Positions 11,095-23,513 of a stretch of DNA of 64,000 bases are shown one piece after another. The notes under the pieces are model-generated. The model was given only the letters and a program-made list of their open reading frames with translations, did no database searches and had not been told where the DNA came from. Each line of letters opens with the position of its first letter. Position 1 is the stretch's first letter. A program made the position numbers and the translations under genes. Source of the stretch: Azolla caroliniana. Taxonomy: Eukaryota; Plantae; Polypodiophyta. The stretch spans positions 9,362,001 through 9,426,000 of the forward strand of contig JBHGNT010000017.1 in NCBI GenBank assembly GCA_043228905.1. Reading direction: 5' to 3'.

Positions 11095-13613
11095 AAGAAA
11101 GAAAGAAAGAAAGATGTATTAACGTCTTCTAAGGCCAAATTTGGCCCATGAGACAATTGGTTTACAACAATAGAGTATTTATCCAGTCATCATAACTAAA
11201 AATAAAATTAAGTAAAAAAAAATAGAACTTAAACTAAAAGAGTTCTAGTAGTGTACAATATGTAGTATACTCGAAAGTGACTATACACTAAGCCTAATTT
11301 TATTTCCACCCAAGCCTCTTGAAAAGAAGTGGGGGGTCAAAGGGTCTTGATGTGGGTTCCAATGTAGAGAGTGCCCTAGCCATGGCTTCTAGGCGGTGTA
11401 GCTCACGTTCCCTTATTTTTAATATTGCTTCCACATCACGTTGAGTTGTTTTGAAACCCGGCACCCGAGGACGTCTGGTTCTTCTCTGGTTTTCTGCCTC
11501 ATCAATGGAAAGGCCGGGTGGTGCAAGTGTGTCGGCATTCGTTGTCTCCTCAGGTTCCTGAAAAATTGCATTTGTTACATGTTCGTGATCATTAGCAACA
11601 TTATTGTCAACATTTTGTAATTTATTCTCTCTATGTTGTTTTAGCTCTAGAATGTATTTGCCTAATTTCTTTATATCTAGAGTATCTAATAGTTTGGGGA
11701 GGGTGGGAGACGGACCAAGTATGTCTTGGTATTTTGCCCTTATCTCGGCATAGGTTGGACACTTGCATGTAAAGTGGTACTCATCCTCTATCTCTATGTG
11801 ACATAACCTACATATCCTTTCCTCCCTAGGGACTCCACTAGTACGGCCATTTTCAATCTCAAGTTGGTGAGACGATATTCTAAGTTGTCCAATGGCAACC
11901 CTTAGTGCATGTGGTAAGAATACATCTAGATATTTTGGCCGTGTGATAAAACCTAACTCAGAGAAGTGCATGAAGTGTTTCTTATAGTACGACATTTTAG
12001 ATGGGAGTGGCTCTAGTGGGGTGATCCATTTACACCGAGTGTAAATTTGCCATATTTCTTGGCGTATTACTTTATTGCGGTTCTCATGAGAGATTAAGGT
12101 GTTATCACTCGTGTGGTTGTACCTAAGGGGAGGTAGGTTATTAATGTCTAGACCATTCGCAAGAAGCCAAGTCACCATCATGCCATACCATGAGCTAGTA
12201 TAGCCGGACTCATACAATGATCGAGAGGCCTTAAAGGCTTGATGAGATATTCTATCATGTGGTTGGCTATGTATCCTATCAATAAAGACTACAAGTTGAA
12301 AAAGTGCCTCTACTAGCATTGGGGGTAATGTGAACTCGGCCCTAATAATGTCATGTGGTACAATCGATTTGCTTCGGAGTTGGCGTGATAGCATCATCAC
12401 CAATGGTCTCTCTAATTGCGTCCACATGAGGGATGGTAATCCTGGAGCCCAAACCGCTGATGCATACATGAGGGAGGGGGTCACTAATGAGTCAAAGAGC
12501 CACCCTTTAGTCCGTGGCTCTTGAAAGTGTGCTTGGTGGCATTGTCTCTCTAGGAGTGAGAGGGATGCATGTCCTCTCGTGAGTCTATCCTTCGCTGCCT
12601 GTGTCATCGAAAATTTACCTGAGCGGGCACTAAAAGTGACTCCGAGATATACGTACGATCCAACCACCTCGACTGGGCTATGGGAGATAGTTAGGTGACA
12701 CTTAGCTCTAACTTGGGCCAATGTGTGGAAGATAAGGACTTTCGTTTTCCCTAGATTCACTACCAATCCTCGTTGTACACAAAAGTCATCTAAGGCATTG
12801 AGGTGCCTCTGTAGGTCGTGTTCGGATTCAGAGAGCAAAACTATGTCATCCGCATAGAGCAAGATACGAACCTGCGTATCCCCAAGGACCACTCCGGTGC
12901 CTCCCTCACGAGCAATAAAATCTGTGATCTCATCAATGTAGATCCCAAAAAGCGTCGGTGATAGGGGGCAACCTTGTTTTACACCAATAGTGCTAGTGAA
13001 ACGATTGGATAGGCCACCTGGGCATCGGACACACCCGGACACTTGTTCATATAGTTCATATCATCTGGTATCCTCAAGCTTTTAAGTCTATCAGACAACC
13101 GATCTCTAGGGACTGTGTCAAAGGCTTTGCGGAAGTCCACAAAACAACAATATAATCTCTTCTTGCGAGCCCTAGTTTGGTCAATTAGGCATCTAAGTGT
13201 GAAGATGTGATCAATAGTGGAGAAGGCTGGTCTAAAGCCAGCTTGTTCAGGTGCACGAAGGTTTAGGGTCTCCATGTAGTCGCTAAGCTCTGCTTCCATT
13301 ACTGCACCATATAACTTAGCAAGGGTATGGCCTATCATAATGGTCCTATATGTATTTGGGTCCATGGGGTCCCCCCCTTTATGTATGGGGGTCACTGTAT
13401 TCATAGTCCACTGTGGTGGAAAACCCTCCGCAAGGGCACGATTGAAGATTAGAGTTAGCAAGGGAGCTAGGCACTCTCTCGCATATATAATGTGTTCTGC
13501 TCGCAATCCTGTGTGGTCCATGGACTTCCTATGTTGTAATTTCTTTATGACCTTCATGACCCTAGAGGTCGTGAAAAGTGTCCCCGTGGTAGGCCGGGGT
13601 GTGGAAGGCATTG
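11095..13613 (-). mobile_element. 5'-truncated LINE, RTE/RTEX-like
   Basis: Non-LTR RT motifs; 3' tail (CTTT)n at ~11093-11113; short TSD GAAGA (11090-11094 / 13614-13618). Confidence 0.88.
11300..13611 (-). pseudogene. LINE ORF2 RT with C-terminal CCHC zinc finger (frameshift ~13050)
   Basis: EQAGFR, FVDFRKAFDTV, GVKQGCPLSPTLF, LLYADD, YLGV, LRISSHQLEIENGR...ERICRLC..EDEYHFTCKC. Confidence 0.92.
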
Positions 13614-13884
13614 GAAGAGAATGTACAGTAGTAGCTAGGAGGCTTAAGACTGGCGTTAAACCAATTTGGTTCGAAATAATGCCTTGTGCCTCCTTTTATA
13701 GTGTTCTAAGGAATACTCCTGAAGTTTCTAAAATGTTCCAAAGAAATCTGGAATATACATCAATTTTCTATAATAAAACATAAATGAAAATAATATTCTA
13801 CGTATTACAATGTATGGTCTAATGGTCAAGAGCTTGACCCACGTAGCATAAGGTCATGGGTTCGAGTCTTGCTATATCATGACA

Positions 13885-16657
13885 CTATTCCCCTTTTAAA
13901 ACGATGAGTGTAACGAGTTGTTTTGGATTGAGGACCCGGTTTTTCTAGATATTGACGATGGAAGTCTTCAAGAAGAGCATGAGCATTGGTGACATTCTCT
14001 ATCGGTTCCCAAGTATGCTCGTTGGGACTATATCCTAGCCAATCGACTAGATAGTAGAGCTTGTTGTGAACAATCTTAGAATCAAGGATGGCGACAACCT
14101 TGTACTCAGGTCCATCTTCAAGGTCGATCGGGGGTGGAGGCTGTGTAATACGTCCTGGGATGGTGCTCTCTTGATAGGGTTCGAGGAGAGAACTATGAAA
14201 CACCGGATGTATTCGAAGTTGCGGAGGTAGATCAAGACGAAAAGCGACATCATTAATCTCTCCTATAATACGGAAAGGACCCAATCGCCGACAATCCAAC
14301 TTCTCGCATGGGCGAGTAGTCTTGATGTGTCATCGTAGTAGCCATACCTGATCTCCAATGTTAAAACGGGATGGGAGTCGATGACGATCTGCATAAACCT
14401 TGTGTGTTTGTTGAGCTTGTTGGAGATGAGTAGATAAATCCGCTTGTATCTTGCGTAACCGCTCCAAACGATCCTCTGCGCAAGGATTTGTGGACAGCTC
14501 TGGGGTTTCAAGTACACACCACCGTGGGTGACATCCCATATAAGCATAAAATGGCGTAACTTTAGTCGATGCGTGGATAGAGTTATTATAGGCAAATTCG
14601 ATGAAGTGGAGAATATCTGCCCAGTCATCTTGATGATAGCTGAGAAAGCACCGTAGATACTGCTCCAACGTTTGATTTGTTCATTCAGCTTGGCCGTCGG
14701 TTTGTGGGTGGTAGCCGGAGGAGAGGTTACAAGTGACCTTGAGCATTTTAAAAAGGTGCTTCCAGAATTTTGACACGAATTAGGGTCCACGATCACTGAT
14801 GATACTATCGGGAAGTCCATGATGCCGACATACTTCACGCATGACAATTTCGGCGGTGTCTTCACTGGAGATTTCCTTAGTACATGGCAAGAAATGAGTC
14901 ATCTTCTTATATCGATCTACCACTGTTACAATCGCATTGAACCCCTTAGAGACTAGAAGATCTGTGATGAAGTCTAGAGCAATGGATTGCCACGGCTTGC
15001 TTGGAATTGGTAATGGTTCTAATAAACCATATGGATGATGCCTTGGCATTTTCGCTCTGTAGCATATATCACAAGTTCGAACAAAATCTTCGACAAATTG
15101 TCGCATACGGGGCCACCAGAATGATCATTGTACTAAATCTAATGTTTTAGTACTACCAAAATGCCCCGTTGTATATGTGTCATGATAGTTTTGTACTACT
15201 CGAAGGTGGCAAGAACCATTAGGAACATACAAAAGTTCTTTAAAGAAGAGTAATCCATCATGGTATTTGAATTGCCGATAGTCCGTACCTGGTGGTTGCG
15301 ACTGTGAACACGATGCTCGAGAGGGATCAATTTGTGCTAGTATAGCTTGGGCAAAAGCATCTGTCTTCAGGTCTGCACGTATGATATTGATAACGTGGGA
15401 ATCCATGGGCATGCCAAAGACCTGTGTTGCTTGCAGTCGTGCCGGTCCCAAGATTACTTGCTTTTGGTTATCGAAAGCTGGCTCGCCGGGACGCGGTGCT
15501 AGGTACGATCGTCGTGATAATGCATCTGCTTTCCCTTGATGCTTCCCAGGTTGATATATAATCTTGAAGTCGAAATGCATGAGAAAATGGGCCTACCGAG
15601 CTTGACGTCGATTTAACACACGAGCGTCTTGAAAATAGGCGAGGTTTTTGTGGTCACTGAATACAGTGACTTGATGAGAAGATCCCTCTAGAAAATGCCT
15701 CCATTGCATAAAAGAGTCCACTATAGCCAATAGCTCTTTATCATGAATTTTGTAGTTGATTTCGGTGGCGTCAAACTTGTGTGAGTGAAAAGCCATAGGA
15801 TGTAGCTTTTCATCATTACCTCGTTGTGATAGAATGCTCCCCAATGCAAAATCCGATGTGTCCGCTTCGATGATGAATGGTTTTCCTGGATCAACGTGAG
15901 CTAGAATCGGAGCCGATGTAAATTCCTGTTTAAGATTCTCAAAAGACATGTTTGCTTCTTCAGACCAAATGAATGATTGTCCCTTCCTAGTAACTTGTGG
16001 AAGAGGCAAAACGAGCTTTGAGTAATCCTTTATAAACTTCCGGTAAAAATTGGCAAAGCCTAGAAAGCATTGCACATCCCGCACCGAATGCGGAGTCTGC
16101 CATTCTACCACCGTTTTGACCTTAGCTGGGTCCATGGAGATGCCTTTTGAGGAAATGACATAGCTGAGAAATTCCAACTGGTTGCACCCGAAACTACATT
16201 TTTCCAGCTTTGCATAGAGACCATGTTCTCGAAGTCGTTTTAGTACTAATAGTACATGAGAATCATGCTCTTCTTGGGTCTTTGAGTAAACCAGTAGATC
16301 ATCCAAATATATGATTAGACACACATCCAAGAGATCTCAGAAAATATCATTTGCCATGTGCTGGAAGACTGTTGGCGCATTAGTGAGGCCAAACGGCATG
16401 ACTGTATACTCGAAGTGCCCATATCTGGTGCGGAACGCGGTCTTCCATTCATCTCCTGGTGGGATCCGTACGAGGTTATAGGCTCCCCCGTAAGTCGATC
16501 TTCGTGAAGAACATGGCACCATTGATCCGTTCTAAAAGACTTGAGATAAGGGGGAGTGCATACCTATTTCGGATTGTAACCTTATTCAAGCCACGATAAT
16601 CTACAACGAGATGAAGTGAGCCATCCTTTTTCTTGACGAAGAAAATGGGTGCGCCGG
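13885..16657 (-). pseudogene. Tcn1-like copy 1 pol (RT, RH, INT, chromodomain), multiple frameshifts and stops
   Basis: [46 protein letters not shown] and chromodomain. Confidence 0.92.
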
Positions 16658-17440
16658 TGTCGTGAAGAAAACCGTCCATAAGCGGAATCAGCGCACCAAG
16701 GCGTGGGAACCGGTTCTTCACGCGCGCACGCTCCAAGTTGTACATAGAAGCGAATTAGGAGGATAATCGGCAGGAACGGGCCCTAACACGAGTGGAGACA
16801 AAGACCGCGCGAACAGTCTTTTCGGTCGCGCACGCGAACTGTACGAGTCGGCGGCGTAACTACGCGGATGCGTGAAGAACGGAGCGGATCCCTGTCCAAA
16901 AGGGACAGGGAATAAAGCTGACAGGACGGCCTGCTCGTCGGCCTATATAAGGAGCAGGAAAGAGCAGTTGCAGGCATCTCGCGCAGAGAGGACGAAGTGC
17001 TGTCGGACCGTTTCTGGACGCTTCTCTCTCTGTTTCCTTCCTTCTTGAACTCCATAGCTTCTGTGCAGGGTCCCGAGGAGGCTCGCGCTGTTTCGAGGAA
17101 CGCCCGAGTGCTTCCGGCAGCGCCTCCGACCTGCTACTCCTTTGTGCGTCGAAGCAAACAAGCATCGGCATCTGTTCGCCGGCCTGTTCGGTTGTAACCA
17201 ACCTGTGCCCCATCGAGGGTTGTAGTCGTGTTAGCCATTTTTGTTAATATACATATTTAGTCATTCGCATCTGTCTGTGTCGGTGTCTGTTCGCGTTCTC
17301 CGTGCTGAAGGGCCGTGTCCCTGTGTATCCCCGGTCCTGCGTAGCCGGTTCTCTCTCTTTCTCCTCCCTCGCTTGCTCTTTGGTTCGAGACCCCCGCGGT
17401 CCCGCCTCGTTTCCACACGCACTTGCGTAATATCTCGACA
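16658..17440 (+). repeat. 5' LTR of Trp-primed Gypsy copy 1
   Basis: TGTCGTG...CGACA; TATATAA at ~16944; near-identical to 28540-29322. Confidence 0.96.
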
Positions 17441-17444
17441 TCTT

Positions 17445-17462
17445 TGGTGAACCCGACGTGAA
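17445..17462 (+). promoter_or_regulatory. PBS complementary to the tRNA-Trp 3' end
   Basis: TGGTGAACCCGACGTGAA is the reverse complement of the plant tRNA-Trp end TTCACGTCGGGTTCACCA. Confidence 0.85.
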
Positions 17463-18139
17463 GGAGGCGGCAGAAGAGCAGAAGATGAGGGGGTCGGATC
17501 TTGCAGAGGCCATGGCTTCGGCCGTGGATCGGATTGTAAACGCGCGCGAGGGCACCGGTGCCCTCGACAGAGCTATTGAGGCGGTCGTCGGCACGATCGG
17601 CCGGTTCGATGGGAAGGATGCCACGAAGTATTTGGCGTCCTACGGTGCAGAGATGCTGATGCGGGACATTCTGGAAGAAAGGCGTCTTGCCGGATTTCCC
17701 CGAGTGGCGATGCCGAGCATCCATGCGGAGGTGCTCGAGGTGCGGGCGGAGAGCCGTACCTGGGAGGAGTTCGAAGGTCGGCTCCTAGAGAAATACGGGC
17801 TGGACGACGCGCTCCGGCTTTCGAAGCGAAGGTTCATGGAATGGGTGGAGTCCCCGGGGAAGGGAAGAAACGCGTCGGCACTCCTCCGGGAGTTCGAGGA
17901 AAACTTTGCGCGCCTTTCGGCGCTCGACCGAACCATCCTGGACACGAGCCGGGTCTTGCTGTTTGTCAAGTCGGTCGACGAGCGGGATCGGGAGCAAGTG
18001 GGCCTCTTACTGGAAACCGAAGACGGGCTCACTATCGATTGGGCGGCTGTCAAGAAAGTCTGTGGCCGTTTCGATAAACGGCGAGAATGGGCGGATAACG
18101 GGGCAACCGGGTTGGGCTCGGTCGCAGCAGGGAAGCTCG

Positions 18140-18224
18140 TGTTGGAGACAATGTCGTCAATGCGGAAGATCGAGAAGCATTCGATCTTCGTTTCTTCCCT
18201 GTGTATGATGGAATGTAGGTCGTT

Positions 18225-18262
<38 letters not shown>

Positions 18263-21200
18263 AAAAGACTCTTTATTTCACAAAGCAACAATACAACAGC
18301 CAACCTTACAAAAAGGTTACAAGGTCACTATATATAGTGACTGACTTAGGGCAACTACCCTTTATGCTAATTACATAAATGGCCAAAACGGGATAGTGTG
18401 AATACGTCCATTATACACATGTATTCGACACTCCCCCGTAATGGGCGTATACATGGGTTATCTAAGATTACAGGTATAGACTTGGGTTCTCGGACATATC
18501 AGCTTTGTTCGTAGTCGGCAGGGTCCAAAGGCAGAAGACCGAACTGGTCGGGTCGGAACAGTTGAAGCCGATCATTAAGGAACTGATGTCGGTTGTCGGG
18601 AACCATCCTGCTCTGTGTCCGGCTCTAACCGGACTGGTTTGTCGTTACGCCCATCTGATGCCGAAGAGACCGAAAACGGTCTGCCGAAAGACACTTGGTC
18701 ATTCCATCTGCGACATTGTCGGTTGTGGATATTTTCTCTAGACCGATTTTCCCTGAAATTACGCAGTCCCGAACGAAGTGATATCGAACGTCGATATGCT
18801 TGGAGGCGTTGTGGTGAACCGGATTTTTCGACAAGGCAACAGCACCTTGACTGTCGCTGTAGACAACTGGAGCCGAGTCATGGTCGACTTGTCGAAACGT
18901 GTGCGCCAGCCGACCGAGCCACAAAGCTTCTTTTGCTGCGTCGGACGCAGCTACATATTCTGCTTCGGTCGTTGAGGTCGCTGTGCACTCCTGAAGTTTC
19001 GACTTCCACGAGATTGCTCCATTGCCGAATTTGAAGCAGTATCCGGTTGTTGATTTCCGACTGTCTATGCAGCCAGCGAAATCCGAGTCGGTGTAACCGA
19101 CTATGCCTGAGGTTCGGTTCGGACCGAAAAGAATGCCATGGTCTTTTGTGCCAGCCAGATATCTGAACACATGCTTGACTGCGTTCCAATGCGATCGGCC
19201 AGGATTGTGCATAAATCTGCTAACGACTCCTACGGCATGAGAAATATCAGGCCGTGTCGCGACCATCAGGTACATAAGGGAGCCGACTGCCGGTGCATAC
19301 GGTACCGACTTCATATCTTCCCCCTCCGGGCCGGATGTCGGGCAGTCTCGCTGAGAGAGCCGAAGATTCATTGGGAGCGGGGTTGAAGCAGATTTGGCTG
19401 ATTGCATGTTGAAGCGTTCCAAGACACGTCGGATATAGTCGGTCTGAGACAAAAAAAGATGTCGTTTATCGCGATGCCGACTAATCTTCATGCCGAGTAT
19501 GTGTCGTGCCGGACCGAGGTCCTTCATTGCAAACTTCAACCGCAGTTGCCGAACGAGATCGGCAAGTTCGCCCGCGTGGCGTCCAGAAATTAGCATGTCG
19601 TCCACGTAAATGATGAGGAAGATGGGTGATCCATCTTGAGCTGTGTTGGTAAAGAGACAATGGTCCTCATCGCTTTTTGAGAAGCCGATCGATTGGATGA
19701 AGTCGTCGAACTTCTTGTACCATTGTCGCGGTGCCTGTTTGAGGCCGTATAGACTCTTCCTGAGTCGGCAGACTAGATGTTCTTGGCCAGGTGCCACGAA
19801 GCCTTTTGGCTGCTCCATATAAATTTCCTCCTCGAGATCACCATGGAGGAAGGCTGTTTTGACATCTAGCTGAATCAGCTCCAAGTTGTCGGCTGCCACT
19901 ACGCCGAGCAGAAAACGAAGGGTTGTCATTTTCACCACTGGTGAAAAAATCTCGTCGAAGTCGACGCCATATTCTTGTCGGAAGCCCTTCGCAACTAATC
20001 TGGCCTTGTACTTTGGGGTGGTCGAATCAGACGTCTCTTTTAGTCGATAAACCCACTTGCAAGGAAGAGCACGTCGGTTCCTAGGTAATTCGACCAGATC
20101 CCAAGTCTTGTTTGCCCGAGTGGAGTGCATTTCCGACTCCATCGCCAGATGCCAGGTGGCGGAATCGACAGATGTCGATGCTTCTTCGTAAGACGTCGGT
20201 TCGCCGGCGTCGGTGAAGAAAATTCCAGGAGAGTACCTCTCCGGAGGTTGCGACAGTCTCTCGGATCGTCGAGGTATGATTGGACTGGTCGCATCGGGTA
20301 TCGTGGTCGGATGGTCCGAAAGCGAGGTGTTCTGTTGTGCCGAGTCGGAGTTGTCCGAGTCGGTAAAGTAAGGTTCAGCTACCCGTGAAGCTGACCGTGT
20401 GTTGAGAGCGGGGCCTTCTTGAAGGGTCGGCACATCGGAAAATGTTACCCTTCGGACTTCGATCGGTTTTTCGACTGATGGGTTCATAGCCGACTCGTTG
20501 AACACAACGTCCGAACTTCGAACGATTTGTCTGCGTTCGGGGTCCCAGAGTCGGTATCCCATTTCGCCGTCTGATCCATATCCAAGGAAAATGCATTTCC
20601 TGGACCGAGGTGCAAGTTTTCGGCGATCATCTTTCGGAATAAGAGCGTACGCCTCGCATCCGAAGATCCTCAGCTTGTCGTAATTCGGCTTACTGCCGAT
20701 CCATAGTTCCTGAGGAATTTGAAGTCCTAGAGGTCTACTTGGCGACATATTGATCATGTGTACTGCCGTGAGTAGAGCCTCTGCCCAGAAGCCATCCGAC
20801 AGGCCGGAGTGTTGGAGCATGGAAACTATCCGTTCTTGGATTGTCCGATTCATGCGTTCGGCAATCCCGTTTTGCTCCGGGCTGTGTGGTGCCGTAAATT
20901 CACGTCGGATGCCGCGTTGTCGGCAGAATTTGACGAATTCTTCTGATTTGAACTCTCCCCCATTGTCGGTCCGAAAGCATTTCAGTTTTCGGTCGGTTTG
21001 ATTTTCTACCATAGCGAGCCAATCGGAGAAGATCGAGAAGACCCGATCTTTGGTGCGAATTGGATAAGCCCACACCTTTCGAGTCGAATCGTCAATAAAA
21101 GTGACGAAGTAAGAGGCACCGCCTAGAGACTGATGCGGCATTGGGCCACAGACGTCCGAGTGGACCAAATCGAGAGGTCTCGTTTCTCTTGGTGCTGATG

Positions 21201-23309
21201 TCGGGTGGGATGCGGCTGCTTGTTTGCCATACTGGCAATGCTCGCAAAATTGATGGTCGGAGAAGGAGAGTTTTGGGATGTATCCGGCTCTAGATAGATG
21301 CGTGATGCCGGCCTTGCTGAGGTGTCCTAATCTTCTGTGCCATAGTGATGATACAGGAATATCCACCAAAAACAGGTTACCCTCTCTGAGCGTAACATGT
21401 AACGGATACAGTGAGTGTATCTTGGGTCCTCTAGCAAGCAGGAGGTTCCCCCTGTGGAGTGTCCACCCTCCCGAAGAAAAGCCGGCACGAATGCCGTCTT
21501 CATCTAGTTGTCCGACTGAGATCAATGGCCTTGAGAGCTCGGGTACATGTCGGACATTGTGGAGTACAAGTGTAGAGCCACCTGCAAGGTTGAGCTCTAC
21601 TGTGCCGATTCCGATGATGTCACAGTGTTGTGAGTTGCCGACTCGAACTGAGTCGGAGTGACGGATCGTATATTGCCGAAATTGGGATCGATGAGGAGTC
21701 ACGTGAAATGACGCGCCCGAATCCAAGAGCCACGTGCTCGATTCTTCAGTCGTGAGCAGAACTTCTGATCCGACTGGATTTTCGATTGATAGTATATTCG
21801 GGTCGTCCGGTAGTACATCAGCTGAGAAGCTGACGTAATTGATCTCCTCATGCCGGCCACTCTTCTTGTTGTTCTTGTTCTTGAGTGCGCGGCAGTCGGC
21901 TTTGATGTGTCCGGGTTTCTTGCAGTAGTTGCAGATTCGGTTATCCCGTGACTGGCTCCGTCTTCGCTGATTGTTCGGCGGCCGTGAGTAATCTCTTCCT
22001 CGTATGTTCGATCGGTCTGTCGAACCTTGGACTACGTAAGCGTCGTCTGTTGAGTCTTTGGCGAAAGACTTTCTCCGAGCTGCTTCGGTCAGGATTGCGC
22101 TCGTGACTTCGGAGTATTTAACAGCCGTGGTTGACGCGTTGCACACGGTTGTGACGAAAGTTTCCCATGATGAGGGAAGGCTACTCATGAGTATCATTGC
22201 TCTGAGTTCATCCTCGATTGCCGTCCCCTGTGACGAGATTTGGGAGCTTATGCTTTCGTACTCATTCAGGTGTGCTTGAACCGAATCGGATTCTTTCATC
22301 CGCAAGTTGTAGAGTCGCCGGATCAGAAACATCTTTGTTGCGGCGACCTTCTTTTCGTAAGTGTCCGACAGTGTTTTCCACAGTTCAAATGCTGTCGTAC
22401 ACGATTGCACCGTAAAGTATACCGATTCCGATAGGTGCATCCGAATCGTGGCGCGGACGATTCTGTCCAGCTTCTGCCACTCAATTGGTTTGTATCCTTC
22501 TGGAGGTTCTTCATTTTCGATGGGATCGATTTGCCCCTTGACTATGAGATAGTCCTGCATTTGCTCCTTCCAGAAGTTAAAGTTCGATCCATCGAACTTT
22601 CGTAGACTCATTTCTGACGAGCCGGATGTTGATGCCATCAAATTGGGTTTCGGTTGACGAAGCTCGGTTCGGAGTTGACTACGAGCCTTGTTGGAGTGCA
22701 GCCGGTTGGCTCACCCGATATCGTTCTAGTCGGATTTGAACCCGAGTCGGTTCGGCTTCGGAACTTGCTCGAATTGACTCCGGTAACTTGAGGGACAGAA
22801 CCGACTGGTCTTCCCGAATGTCGCCGAGTCGGAGTGAGCCCGGTTCGCTTCGGATATATATGCCGAGTACCGATTATTGAAACCGATTATCTGGACCGAT
22901 TCGGCTTCGGTTGACTGCAGCGATGAGAGAGACGGATCCGACTGATCCTCCCGAATGTCGATCAGCCAGATGAAGCACGAATTTGGGTTGTTGTCAGAGT
23001 TGCACAAGGGGATTTCACCTCGAGCGGTTACGATCACAGGGGACAGAGTACAACCTGCTGGCTTACTCCAAGCAAGGGGATCTAACGCGATGAGGTGCAA
23101 ACCTCGTTTTTGTTCTTCTTCTCTCTTTCTTCGAATGACGCGAATACTGTGCAGGCCGTGTTGAGGTGAAGAACCGAATGCTGTGCAGGCGGTGATGACG
23201 GCCGAACCTCGCTCTGATACCAGATGTTGGAGACAATGTCGTCAATGCGGAAGATCGAGAAGCATTCGATCTTCGTTTCTTCCCTGTGTATGATGGAATG
23301 TAGGTCGTT

Positions 23310-23345
<36 letters not shown>

Positions 23346-23513
23346 AAAAGACTCTTTATTTCACAAAGCAACAATACAACAGCCAACCTTACAAAAAGGT
23401 TACAAGGTCACTATATATAGTGACTGACTTAGGGCAACTACCCTTTATGCTAATTACATAAATGGCCAAAACGGGATAGTGTGAATACGTCCATTATACA
23501 CATGTATTCGACA
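18140..23513 (-). mobile_element. Ty1/Copia element 2 (Tork/Tnt1-like), apparently intact and young
   Basis: LTRs 18140-18430 and 23225-23513, differing by eye only in (AG)n length; TSD GCTCG; tRNA-iMet PBS 23211-23222; PPT complement CTCCCCC at 18431. Confidence 0.97.
18625..22641 (-). CDS. Complete Copia Gag-Pol polyprotein, 1338 aa
   Basis: CNYCKKPGHIKADC, WLLDSGASFH, HSDVCGP, RTDNGGEF, QLDVKTAFLHG, YVDDML, YTDSDFAG, KHIDVRYHF; no stops. Confidence 0.97.
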   Translation of the reverse strand: MMASTSGSSEMSLRKFDGSNFNFWKEQMQDYLIVKGQIDPIENEEPPEGYKPIEWQKLDRIVRATIRMHLSESVYFTVQSCTTAFELWKTLSDTYEKKVAATKMFLIRRLYNLRMKESDSVQAHLNEYESISSQISSQGTAIEDELRAMILMSSLPSSWETFVTTVCNASTTAVKYSEVTSAILTEAARRKSFAKDSTDDAYVVQGSTDRSNIRGRDYSRPPNNQRRRSQSRDNRICNYCKKPGHIKADCRALKNKNNKKSGRHEEINYVSFSADVLPDDPNILSIENPVGSEVLLTTEESSTWLLDSGASFHVTPHRSQFRQYTIRHSDSVRVGNSQHCDIIGIGTVELNLAGGSTLVLHNVRHVPELSRPLISVGQLDEDGIRAGFSSGGWTLHRGNLLLARGPKIHSLYPLHVTLREGNLFLVDIPVSSLWHRRLGHLSKAGITHLSRAGYIPKLSFSDHQFCEHCQYGKQAAASHPTSAPRETRPLDLVHSDVCGPMPHQSLGGASYFVTFIDDSTRKVWAYPIRTKDRVFSIFSDWLAMVENQTDRKLKCFRTDNGGEFKSEEFVKFCRQRGIRREFTAPHSPEQNGIAERMNRTIQERIVSMLQHSGLSDGFWAEALLTAVHMINMSPSRPLGLQIPQELWIGSKPNYDKLRIFGCEAYALIPKDDRRKLAPRSRKCIFLGYGSDGEMGYRLWDPERRQIVRSSDVVFNESAMNPSVEKPIEVRRVTFSDVPTLQEGPALNTRSASRVAEPYFTDSDNSDSAQQNTSLSDHPTTIPDATSPIIPRRSERLSQPPERYSPGIFFTDAGEPTSYEEASTSVDSATWHLAMESEMHSTRANKTWDLVELPRNRRALPCKWVYRLKETSDSTTPKYKARLVAKGFRQEYGVDFDEIFSPVVKMTTLRFLLGVVAADNLELIQLDVKTAFLHGDLEEEIYMEQPKGFVAPGQEHLVCRLRKSLYGLKQAPRQWYKKFDDFIQSIGFSKSDEDHCLFTNTAQDGSPIFLIIYVDDMLISGRHAGELADLVRQLRLKFAMKDLGPARHILGMKISRHRDKRHLFLSQTDYIRRVLERFNMQSAKSASTPLPMNLRLSQRDCPTSGPEGEDMKSVPYAPAVGSLMYLMVATRPDISHAVGVVSRFMHNPGRSHWNAVKHVFRYLAGTKDHGILFGPNRTSGIVGYTDSDFAGCIDSRKSTTGYCFKFGNGAISWKSKLQECTATSTTEAEYVAASDAAKEALWLGRLAHTFRQVDHDSAPVVYSDSQGAVALSKNPVHHNASKHIDVRYHFVRDCVISGKIGLEKISTTDNVADGMTKCLSADRFRSLRHQMGVTTNQSG

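Larger units (their letters stand above)
10930..13884 (-). repeat. 3' LTR of Tcn1-like copy 1, split by LINE (10930-11094 and 13614-13884)
   Basis: The two halves concatenate to match LTR 31365-31795; PPT complement CTATTCCCCTTTT at 13885-13897. Confidence 0.92.

Noticed and set aside
13807-13880. Functional tRNA gene in the Tcn1-like LTRs
   Set aside because: No canonical anticodon loop or acceptor stem; only A/B boxes and spacing are tRNA-like.
17458-18378. 306-aa ORF as a complete protein
   Set aside because: It is the gag N-terminus reading into the inserted Copia 2 LTR.
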